A stretch of DNA of 64,000 nucleotides. Origin: Felis catus. Lineage: Eukaryota. The stretch spans positions 38,442,001-38,506,000 of the forward strand of contig NC_058368.1 of the NCBI RefSeq assembly GCF_018350175.1, given 5' to 3'. A model generated the notes under the pieces. That model was not told where the DNA came from. It ran no database searches and saw only the letters and a program-made list of their open reading frames with translations. A program made the translations under genes and the position numbers. Positions 25,669 through 36,592 of the stretch are shown in pieces (positions within the stretch are counted from its first letter, which is position 1; each line of letters starts with the position of its first letter).

Positions 25669-26599
25669 AGAAATTGAATCAGTAATCAAAACTCTCCCAA
25701 GAAACTAAAGTTCAGGGCAAGATAGGTTCCTACCAGACATTTAAAGAACTGTTAATACCTATTCTTCTCAAACTATTCCAAAAAATAGAAATGGAAGGAA
25801 AACTTCCAAACTCTTCTATGAAGCCAGAATAACCTTAATTCCAAAACCAGACAAAGACCCCACTAAAAAGGAGAATTGCAGGCCAATATCCCTGATTAAC
25901 ATTAATGCAAAAATTTTCAGCAAGATACTAGCAAATCAAATCTAATAGTACATTATAAGCATTAATCACCACTATCGAGTGGGATTTATTCCTGGGCTGC
26001 AGGGGTAGCTCAATATTCACAAATAAATCCAGATGATATACCATATTAATAAAAGAAAAGATAAGAATCATATGATCCTCTCAATAGATGCAGAAAAAAC
26101 ATTTGACAAAATACAGAATCCATTCCTGGTAAAACCCTCAACAAAGTAGGGATAGAAGGAACACACCTCAACATCATAAAGGTCATATACGCAAGAGCCA
26201 CAGCTAGTATCATCCTCAATGGGGAAAAACTGAGAGCCTTTCCTCTAAGGTCAGGTACCAGACCTCACCACTGTTATTTAACATAGTGTTGGAAGCCCTA
26301 GCCTCAGCAATCAGACAACAAAAGAAACAAAATGCATCCAAATCTGCAAGGAAGAAGTCAAATTTTCACTATTTGCAGACATTATATTCTACGTAGAAAA
26401 CTGGAGACCCTACCAAAAATTTGCTAGAACTGATTCATGAATTCCGCAAAGTTGCAGGATATAAAATCAACATACAGAAATCTGTTACATTTTTATACAC
26501 CAATAATGAAGCAGCAGAAACAGAAATCAAGGAATAGATCCCATTTAAAATTCCCCAAAGCCCTAAGATACCTAGGAATAAACCTAACGAAAGAGGTAA
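25668..26599 (+). mobile_element. L1 ORF2 reverse-transcriptase segment, inverted relative to the adjacent 3' segment
   Basis: gaaattgaatcagtaatcaaaa, atacctattcttctcaaactattcc, tcaatagatgcagaaaaa.catttgacaaaata (SIDAEKxFDKI), ctatttgcagac (decayed FADD, 26372-26380), tacctaggaataaacctaac; multiple stops and indels. Confidence 0.95.
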
Positions 26600-26748
26600 C
26601 ACTATAGTTTTCTTGAATATTTGCTATATATAAAACACCATCTTTAATGTAAATAAATGTCTTACTTCAATTATGACACTATTGTCTGTCAGACACACTA
26701 TGTGACAGATATATGTGTGTGTATACATGTGATCTTAATATTATAGGA

Positions 26749-26876
26749 TTTTTATTTATTTATTTTATTGTGTTAAGAACACAACATGAGATCTATCGTC
26801 TTAAATTTTTCTGTGTACAATATAGTATTTTTAACTATAGGCACAATGTTGTATAGCAGATCTCCAGAACTTACTT
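26749..26876 (-). mobile_element. L1MA-type 3' terminus
   Basis: aagaaca..aacatgagatcta.c.tcttaaatttt, tgtacaatatagtatt.ttaactataggcacaatgttgta.agcagatctc.agaactta. Confidence 0.85.
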
Positions 26877-27989
26877 TATGTCATTAAGAAAGAAAACAGA
26901 ACTCCCAAATAAACCAAGAAACAATGCTTTCTTCTCACGTGGCATTTTATTCTGTATTTATGAAACAGCTGTTTTCAGATATATTTAGCCATATATGTTT
27001 ATCTTATTTTACTAAGATAAACTAATTTTGCGAACTAATCAAATCAATGCCCTCATACGCATCCAGAAGTACCATAGTGGGTGGTTAGTTCGAGCTCCTG
27101 GACTTCTATGAATGAAGAACTTTGATCTGTGCAACAGGAGCTCAGCCATCATCTATCCACTTGTTTTTGTTTTTTTTTTTTTTTGGTCCTTTCACAATAA
27201 GATGGGGCTATGATTTCATTCTGTGGTTTAAAATTAAATCTGGTGGCAATTTATTTTTTGGAAATTATTATTAAGCAGAGCCTCACAGTGATGTGCTTTT
27301 TCTAAAATCAATCCTTATAATCTTGATCTCTTAAGTACTTTTAGCATTAATACTACTACATGTTTGGCATGTTGAAGAATACTGAGTATTCATTAACATT
27401 TCCTCATTGACTAAACTAATGCTATCACTTTTCTCTGATTAAATTACTTGTCACTGTAAGTTAAGAATATTCTACTCAAATCAGCATGAAATATCTGGAA
27501 AACTTATTTTTGAGGCTTTAAATACAGTTCTGTGAGATGCATGAATATGGCACAACAGCCTTTCTTCCTTTGAAAATTTCAAGAATTTTCCAAGGCATTT
27601 TGAAATATCTTCTGGCCTCTGTCACATTGCTTAGTGTATGATATTAATCCCTGATAATGTTTTATAGGAAAATATGAAATTACAGTCATTACTCCAAAGA
27701 AGAATATTTGCTTCACTAATATCTTATTGGTATTTTACTACCATTTCCATACCTACTTCTTTCTTAAGATAATGTTGTTTCATGAATAATCATCCTTTTA
27801 AATGGTACCTCACTCATGTGTCATAGCTAAAATGCATGTAGCTCAGTCGCCATTACAACAACCACATGAATAGGTGTGACACAGTATACCCAAGCATAGA
27901 CAATGAGAACGACGTTCCTATTGTCACCTGGTCAACAGCTATTATAAGACACCATTACCTATGAAATAAATTCCAACTCCAGACATGTG

Positions 27990-28400
27990 ACATTATGAAT
28001 ACATATGTAGATGACCCAAACCCAAAGATAGAGCCCAAGAAAGCCGATGAGCCTCATGAGGAATAAAACCTGAAACAGTGTTTATATATATTCAGTTTCT
28101 AGTCTCTACTTATCTCTCTGCATCAGGTTGATTTTTCTCTTTCATCAGGCCAAGAGCTGCATCTCAGGGCTCATGTTCACCCTGTTGTTCCTGGGTTTTC
28201 ATGGCCTGCCTATTTTAGTCACCTAGACTATAATTCGACTTTCCAGTTCTAATATATCAGGACTAATGGGCTGGCTCTATGGCGTCAGCTCACCACTCCT
28301 CAACCAGTCGCTTGCGTGAAGGGGAATGGGTCACAAATAGGCAGATACACTGATGTGTATTTTGGAAATGGCTTTTTTTTTTGCCATTTGGATCTTCAGC
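27990..28400. mobile_element. Probable old MaLR (MLT1-like) LTR
   Basis: Higher GC; gctcaccactcct.aaccagtc.ct...gaaggggaatgg.tcac resembles MLT1 LTRs; ends not resolved. Confidence 0.4.
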
Positions 28401-29989
28401 TAGATATTGTATCCTGGAAAATAGTATATATCCTGTTTACTCTATCATGCCTTTTGCATGGTTCATGGTAAAAACATTCACTGAATCGTTGAATCATTCA
28501 TTCGTTCACTGAGAGAGTAGTGATATAAAATTATTTCAGGAATCTTTTCTTACTCTTTGAATATGACTTGCTGCTTTCAAAAAGTGAATTTTTCTAAAGG
28601 ATATTACTGTCATTTGTCAATTGGAAATACAACATTTTTAAATGAAAGTAGTTACCAGGTAGTACTAATCAAGCATTAAGGAACCACTTGATAGTTTAGG
28701 CATTTGATTGCCTAGGTCAGGTAAATGTCTTGACAATCAGTCACTTCTCCATAAATGTTATGAGAATCAAGGAAAGGCCTATTATTGACAAACTGTGTGT
28801 AAGAGAGATACAATTAATGTGTATGAGATAGAGCACAATTCTGTATGTTGAGAGCAGAGATATAATTAGTGCAGTATTCTCAGTTCTACAAATGATCTGG
28901 TAAAGAACTTAGCCAGAGCCATCTCTTAGCTCCCACACAAATAAGGAAAGGGAAGTACTTATGCCAAATGGAGTAATTAGAGCCATTGTTGGCAGGGGGT
29001 CTTCTCCTCACCCTAGAAAACATCTGTTAGGAACAGAACTGCATTTTGATGCCTTTCACCTGCAGTGCCTATCTATTTACAAACTCAGAAAAAGTCCAGA
29101 ATTGTCTTTCTTTTTCAACACTGTGTTGCCCATTAGTAGAACACTTGAAACTGTGCTGTTGAATTTAGAAGAAAGATTCTGTTTCTGGAAAAACTAGTAG
29201 GGTGGGTGAGGAGTCCATCCCTGGTAGCTCAGCTCTTTCCAGCTCAGCCCCTGACAAACTGGTACAGCAAACAGGGGGTGAGGGTGGGACGGGGTTAATC
29301 AAGATCAAGCACACTGCCATTCTGGAGGAGACAGCCTGAAGATCCCACACGGGTAGACTTGCTATCAAAGTCAATAGGGGCACTAAAAAGGATGCTACTG
29401 GAAACTTTGCAAGAGTCTGAGGCTCCCTTGAGCACTTTGCCAGTCAGTGAGTCTTTGGAAGTGCTAGCAAGAGCACAATCATGGATTGTTTATATAAGTT
29501 TTTCAGTTCTGAGGAGGGACCATTGATCCTTCTCTTTAGTCCCTGACTCCCCTGGCTCAGCACATCTAATGATCCAACAGAGGGGTTCCCAGAAAACGAG
29601 GGAAACTTACATCATATGTTTGATCAGGCTGTCTGTCCCCTTCCTTCAATTGTATGATCTTGCTTTATAGCTATTGACACCTTGGGCACCATGGGGAACG
29701 CTTAATTGGCCTTCCATCCTTTTTGATCTTCTTCCTAGAGACTCAAATAGATGGGAGGCCGGCATGGCTTTTAAATATCAAAGGTGGAAGATGATGTAAA
29801 CCCATTTTGAAATCTTTTAAAAATTCAGGATTTTTTGCTAATTCTTTACAATGTGTCATTCAGGTTAAATTATATAAACACATTTTTCTGTAAAATGCTT
29901 TTGTCCTTTTTTCATATGACTACTTCAGATGAATAACATAGATGGATGAGAGTAGGAAATGACTGAAAAAATATGAAGTTTTGACTACT

Positions 29990-31018
29990 AAATGGGACAC
30001 ACTAATAGCAACCACCGTTATAAGGAAAACCAAAACCCTAGCACCTGGGCAGATGTAGGAGCTTGAGGAGAAGGCATTAATATCTTCATTTATCAGAACT
30101 GCTCCTGAAAGCTTTCCGTCCTCCTGAAGAAAAACTCCCCATGCTGCTTTTCCAAGCTGTTGTGATTACTTTTGAGGACAAATTAACTTCTGAGCCTGTG
30201 GTCACATGTGGCAATATAGTGACACAATGGTAGATGGCCTCACCTCCTGCACTCTCCAACAGAACATCTCTAAATGTCATATACACTCATGACACTGACA
30301 ACTGATGCCATGGACAAACCCAAGTTTTGGAAACTGGATTCCTCAGGCAGTCCTTCCAAAACCACGAACTGAACTAAATGATTTGGTCTTGATGGAGACC
30401 TTAGGGTAGGAGGCATCTTGATGGCAGGCTATGCTGGAGTTCCAGTTAACCTGACTGCCTAATTAGTGTATGTCCTTCTTGGAGTGCCCTAACCCTGTGA
30501 ACTCTTTGTCTTCAGGAGACCACACATACCCTGTGGGATTGTATTTATTGTGTGTGTACCCTGACTAGCATGAGATCATCTAAGCCCTGGAAAACATTCA
30601 TATCAGCTTCAACTTACCAGCTGGAGCTGTGCTGTGCCTCAGTTGATGCCTCAAGGCAGATAAAAAAAAAATATTTATTCAGAAACTTAAGGAATAAATT
30701 TCCTGGTTCTCTAAAATAGACTCTAATGGGCTATGGGACATCTTTTACTGGCTGGATAATAGTGTTCATGACTGTGTTCATTCCACCAGCAGGCTTGATC
30801 ATCTTGATTGGAGTGATCTTAATTATGACCATGGTCTCTGTGGCCTAAGACTATATACAAGGTTCCTGTTATAGTCCCTCAAAGTCTGACTTAGTTGGGA
30901 CCACACAGGGTAGCCTATGTTTCTCACTTAGGCAACAAAAACCCAAGTAATGGAGTTGAGGAGTCTAGCTCTCGGCAAAAACCATTATGAATGATATTTC
31001 AGGCTCAATCAGAGGCAA
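29990..31018 (+). mobile_element. Decayed ERV internal region with env remnant
   Basis: Broken frames give PVGLYLLC (30530), ALENIHISFNLPAGAV (30584), CCASVDASRQI (30630), IQKLKE*ISWFSKIDSNGLWDIFYWL (30677) and hydrophobic AGLIILIGVILIMTMVSVA (30789), in gamma-type env order; 5' boundary approximate. Confidence 0.7.
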
Positions 31019-31579
31019 TGACAGAGGCTCTTCCTGTCAGGGCTCCCAGCATAAAGCTTCCCTCCCCACATCCATTTGGTGTATGGACTGTGCATTTCAG
31101 CCTCTGAAAGGAGTGGCAGTGAAGGACTTAGACTCCTAGTGTTGGACATGCTCTTACATTTATCTGCATTCCTAGCCCAGGCCCCACCAAGTGCAGGCCT
31201 CTGCATTGGGCCCTGGGATGAGGTCTTCCCCAGGTGCATTTGCAGAGATGTCTTTAAAGACATTTTCTTCCCTCAGACTCAGAACTCAGACTTTTGCCCT
31301 CCTAGCCCTTCTCCTTCTGCTTCCATGTAGCCCCAGGGTCCATAAAATGTCAGAAACCTCTTATTTGGGGGCCTTCTCAGCAGTGAGACTGTTCTCCCAT
31401 CTGTGCTGATACATCTGAACCTTTTCTGGTGTCATCCACGGGAACCTTACCCCTCTTTCTGGCCTCTTGCTTTTACCACAGCTTCAAGAAAAGGCCTGAC
31501 TGAGGCTTTCATTTCAGCTTGTTGTCTTAACCAGCCTGACTCCTGGAGAGTTTCTCTTTCTCCTGTTCACCTGTTGACA
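31019..31579 (+). mobile_element. ERV 3' LTR (ERV1/MER4-group-like)
   Basis: Follows a purine-rich agaggcaa (PPT-like) after env; TG...CA termini; about 560 bp; cataaaa TATA-like at ~31341. Confidence 0.65.
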
Positions 31580-31971
31580 GTGAAAATGGGTAGAAGGTTC
31601 TCTATATCATCTCGCCTTCTGACTATAGCACCCTAATACAAAGATGAGTGTTTCAGGGCTTATATATAAAGAACACTCAATTTGATTGCTTTTGCTCAGT
31701 TAAGAGGAGAACTCGAGGTTAGAAAACATATCAGTTTCTTAGAGGAAGGGAGGAAGGAAGGAATGGAAGAAGGAAAAAAAAAGAAAGGGAAAAGGAAGGA
31801 AAGTTAGACTATGAAAACTAACATTTTTAAATAAAATCAAGCTATACGCTAATTGATATGATAACAAAAACAATACTACACATCATGACATCCTGATCAG
31901 AATGGATAAATAATGTTGTCCCCCCCCCACAACAATCAACATAATACCCTATTTAAAATATATAGGGCTCT

Positions 31972-32166
31972 CCAGGTGCCTGAGTGGTTCAGTTGGTTGA
32001 GTGTCCAACCTTGGCTCAGGCCATGATCTTGAAGTTTATGAGTTCAAGCCCTGCATCAGGCTCTATGCTGTCAGCTCAGAGCCTGGAGCCTGCTTTAGAT
32101 TCTGTGTCTCCCTCTCTCTCTGCACCCCCCTCTTTCTCTCAAAAATACATAATATTTAAAAATTTT
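31972..32166 (+). mobile_element. Can-SINE
   Basis: SINE body; TSD aa(a/g)atatataggg(c/t)tct (31955-31971/32167-32183). Confidence 0.94.
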
Positions 32167-33989
32167 AAGATATATAGGGTTCTGAAAAGGAAGCAAACAT
32201 AAAAATTATAAATATTGTAGTTATACTATAACCAACTAACAACCAACTTTACAAATGATTTTTTAAATCATATTTACCCACAAAACAGAAGGGAAGAAAA
32301 GTTCTCATATGATACTGCTTTGTCATCCCTGCAACATATTGTATTATTCCTAAATCATGCTCACAAAATACTTGATAGGCCCTTGAATGAATAGATAAAT
32401 CTATAATGTTAATATGGTTGGGGGATGGCGTAAAATAAACAAAAATTTCCAGAAAGGAAAATTCAAACTTCTCAATACAATCTGCAATCTACAGTTATGG
32501 GTTTATGTCTACCCTACATGCATCACACATTGATATTAATCTCATATCTCAACTATTCTAGTCCAGATCATTTTTCAGTAGAGTACAAGGCCCAATATCT
32601 ATCTAAGATTATTAACTTTTTGCTTCACAAGTAACACTGTCCCTCAGTATATGCCCACCTCCAAATGCTTGGTGCCCATAATTCTGATATAGACAAAATA
32701 TAGAAGAAAAAAGAAAAAAGTTTGTCACTTAATCTATTTGTTGCATCCTAAAGACTTTGAAGATGATTCATCAGAGCACTCCCTAAGAGTAAAATAGATA
32801 ATTTAGGAAAGAATAAGTACAACGACTCCACTAATTAGACTCTGGTGAACAATCAAGCATCAAAGCAAATCATTAATGAGCAGAAGCAAAGAAGAAAGAA
32901 GGTACACAGACCTGACAGTTTCTGCAGTAGAAAATTCTGTCTGAAGTCCTTACCATAGCAACCAGGAGGAGGTGGCTAAAGAAATGAGCCTACTATCTTG
33001 CAGTCTTTAGATAACATGGTTGTGGAAACTTCTGCAATTGTTACTGTTGTCAGGAAGTCACTAGTATTGACTAAGGTGGAGTAGGGAAGACAAATATCAG
33101 AGCTAGGCATATTTCTAAAAATTATCATATAGCATATTATTATGTTATTATGTGTATCTACTTTTGAAATATTTTTGATTAAACACTCACACATTCATAT
33201 TCTGGGAGTGTTCAATGTACAAACCTTCAAAGATGTATTAATTTATTATTTCCAGTAAGTGTTCTTTTTAATGGTGTCCAGAATCTTCACCATTAGAAAC
33301 AATACAATATTGCTAAAGATTAGGTATATAACCTAAATATGTATTAAAATTGAAGTCTATAAATTAGACCACCTTCCCGGTGTACTTTCCTCCCTGAATC
33401 TCATTTCAACTAGTTTTAATGTATACTCTATAATAAGATTTTAGCTTATAAATCTAGACAAAAATTAATGTTGTTCTAAATGGGAGCAAATCAATTTAAT
33501 TCAATATCTGGGAGGATTCAAACTACGCAGCGATCTTCTGCTACAGATATTGATTCGCACAGCCTAAACCATCATAAATAATTGATTTGAATCCATAGTT
33601 GTACACTTGGAATTGTATTTCTCTTTTCATGTTTTGTATCTTGAATGGGTCATCCTTCATTTTTTTTTACATAAAAGTTGTACATTTTTTTTAAACTTCA
33701 CATTCTCTGAGTCATCTTTCTCATCCCTTATACTGGAACATATGTTTTAATCTAATTTGTTCCTGAGGTTCAGGACTGTGCTTACAGTCACTCCTGAAAG
33801 TCTGAGCAGTTGCCATGATCTGTGATTTAAAATAATGAAGAAAATTTCTCCTTTGAAATAGTTACCATATAAATTTTCCCCAGATTTCTTCAATTTCAAG
33901 ACTATATTCCTCTGACAATGTATTTTTATGTTAATATAATATTCTTCATTACAAAGTATTCTGCTCTTTATGTAGTCTCCTGTTTATTC

Positions 33990-34200
33990 TTTTTTAGTGT
34001 TTATTTATTTTTGAGAGGCGGAGAGAGATAGAGTGCAAGCGGGGGAGGGACAGAGAGAGAGGGAGGCATAGAATCCCAAACAGTCTCCAGGCTCTGGGGT
34101 GTCAGCACAGAGCCCGAAGCGGGGCTTGAACCCACGAACCATGAGATCATGACCTGAGCTGAAGTCAGATGCTTATCCGACTGAGCCACCCTGGTGCCCC
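33990..34200 (-). mobile_element. Can-SINE
   Basis: Full antisense body ending ctgagccaccctggtgcccc. Confidence 0.95.
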
Positions 34201-34339
34201 GTCCTGTGCCACATTTTTTAAAATTGAAAAACATAGAAAAAATGTATTTTACTGAGTGTTAACATATCACTTTAATAGAATTTTAAATGATTTTTATATA
34301 GGATAATTATAAGAAACTTTTTTATACATTCTTATCTTC

Positions 34340-34530
34340 CTGCATCCTTTCAACAAAAAAGAATTCACTCTGTCCTACTTAACATGTTAGATACATGAGA
34401 TACAAACATGAACAAAACATAGTCCTTGTCCTTCAAATGTTCAAAGTCTAGTAAGGGGAAATTGGAAGGCATGGGGGAAAAAAGGAAAATTATAATACAA
34501 TCTAGTTGGTACTGCAATTAAATGTGAACA
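34340..34530 (-). mobile_element. L2 3' fragment
   Basis: gagatacaaa.atgaacaaaacatagtcc.tgtcct.caa..gttca.agtctagt. Confidence 0.6.
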
Positions 34531-35118
34531 GTAGTTATAATTGTAAAACACATCTATTGATATTACAAAATTACTTGTAAATATTGTTTTGAATAGCCAT
34601 CACTGAAAGAAGATATTTCCTATAAGAAATAACTAAAATATTCTTGAATTCTAAATAATATTTTCTGAAATGGTTTTGATATAAAGTTTATTCACAACTG
34701 GCAATACTCAAAACTAAAAAAAGCAATATTAAAGCTTACCGTGCAGGGCATTAAATCCTTTACATGAGTTTTTCCATTTCATCTCCATTATAAGCTTGAG
34801 ATATAAGTCATATTAAGTTTAATATGATGATTAACACATAATATTCAAAGTTTTGCAAAACATGGATGCTTGAGAAAAGACCTTGAAAACACTTTACCAC
34901 AAGTATTCATATCACAAATATGAATATTGATGACTTATGTGCTGTAATTAAAGTTACAGTGAACACTTGGATAGAAGTAAAATATATTACTTATACCATG
35001 TGAGAGAATAACTGAACTTAACCTAAATTTGAGTAATCGCTTTAATAAAACTTGTATGTAAAGAAAATAAGTACAAAGTGTTTTTATTTTCAGAGGGGAA
35101 GAAGTCCCAATATTATAC

Positions 35119-36440
35119 TTTCAACAACCGTGAAGAGTATGAGGTTTGGGCCTACTTGCAAGCTCATATGTAAACCTGATGTTTCACTGGAGACGAGTCT
35201 GGTGAGTTCTTGACCACATGTACCACTTAACATTGGATAAGGGAGGCTTTTGGGGTCTTTTCCGACCTTGTCATAGTTGTATTTGGAATAGATCTACCCC
35301 CAGACAGGCTACAGAGTTGTAAGTCCCTCACGGGCAGGTATTTATTTTCAGTAAGAAGACAGCAGCAAGCTGATAGCTGCTTTTCCAAAGGTGCGTACCA
35401 GTGATCCTGTCAGGGAGGATACAAGGCAAAACCTCAAAGGGGGTTCTCTGGATGGAGGCTAATTCCCTTTGCCAGGGACGCCAGTCAAAATCACCAGTCG
35501 TAGACCCTTGTGTTGTCTCCATGCCTAGTGTGCAACAGGGTTCTGGGACTCCAATTTAGTAGTGGGAGACTGGAAAAGACAGCAGTTATTCTTTGAGAAG
35601 GAATTGCTAATCTACTCGCATAATTTCAGGAAAGTTTACCTGCCGAGAGGACCCCCAGAACTTTGTCAGGGCTTACCAATCACCCCTTCTGAAGGAGAAG
35701 TGTTAACACTACAGTCAGGCCATTGAGACAGACTTGTCACTTGCCAGTGAGGAGGGAGTCACTCATGTTGAGAAAGCTTTTGACATCAGAGGGAGACACA
35801 TGAAATTCCCATCCACTCATTAGCGGCAAACACTAGGGGAATGTGTCACATTAGCATTTCTCTACCTGTAGCTCTTTACAGTTCAGGATAATGTCCTCTG
35901 GCACTTATGGGATGGAGAGGACAGGCACAAAACACATCAATTCCTACTGAGTATTCAGATGTACAAGCAATACATTGAATTGGCTCACAGGGTTCCTTCT
36001 ATAAGGTCACGTTAGTTCTCCTCCTCCATGTTTGATTATTTAATATTCCTTTTTTTTTTTTAATCCTAGAGACAAAGGTTTGTTACAGCACAACAGGCAA
36101 ATGAATTTCATGTTCTCATCCCTGGAGTCCCACCACAGAAATGTAGGGGTGAGTTCAAGTGGATGTTGTGCAAATAGTGGGTTTATGCCACAATTGGAAA
36201 GCCACGAGTTTAGAAAACCCAATTTTTTAGAGAAGGCTGCTAGGAAACCTGTTCAACCTTAATCTTGGAGAATAGTGTTTTTGTTATTTTGGTCAGGAAA
36301 CAAATTTGCTCTCCACCCTGCAGGGAGACACTTTTCTATCTTCCAAGATTGTTTGCTATCCCCTAACATCCATGAAAATATTGTATGGCTCTAGAGCTGA
36401 CACAACACATGCAGGAATATGTCAGACTCACGGAGATCCA
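35119..36440 (-). mobile_element. MER74/MER54/MER73-like ERVL LTR, split by an insert at about 35200-36061
   Basis: 35119-35197 (tcaacaaccgtgaag...cctacttgcaagct) and 36066-36440 (agagacaaagg...gtgg.tt..tgccaca...aaacctg...ggaaacaaat) align in order to the related LTR at 61082-62086. Confidence 0.7.
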
Positions 36441-36489
36441 TAATGGGAGACATATTGTAATTCTGGATTTCTCATGGACTATAGCTTCA

Positions 36490-36592
36490 ATAAGGCAAGG
36501 ACCAACTTTCCTGTGTCCATTGTTTTAATCGCAGTTTTCAAATTCATTGGAACATAACAGGAACTTGATATTTGTCAGTAAATGAATGAACT
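36490..36592 (+). mobile_element. L2 3' end
   Basis: aggcaaggacca...cattgt...tggaacata.caggaact..atatttgt...aatgaatgaa. Confidence 0.6.

Noticed and set aside
27092..27143. 9-bp inverted repeat gagctcctg/caggagctc
   Set aside because: A single short stem with a 34-nt loop is expected several times by chance
19946..29606. Exact 14-mer aaaacgagggaaac at 19946 and 29593 suggesting paired LTRs
   Set aside because: Similarity does not extend, and several 14-mer matches are expected by chance in 64 kb
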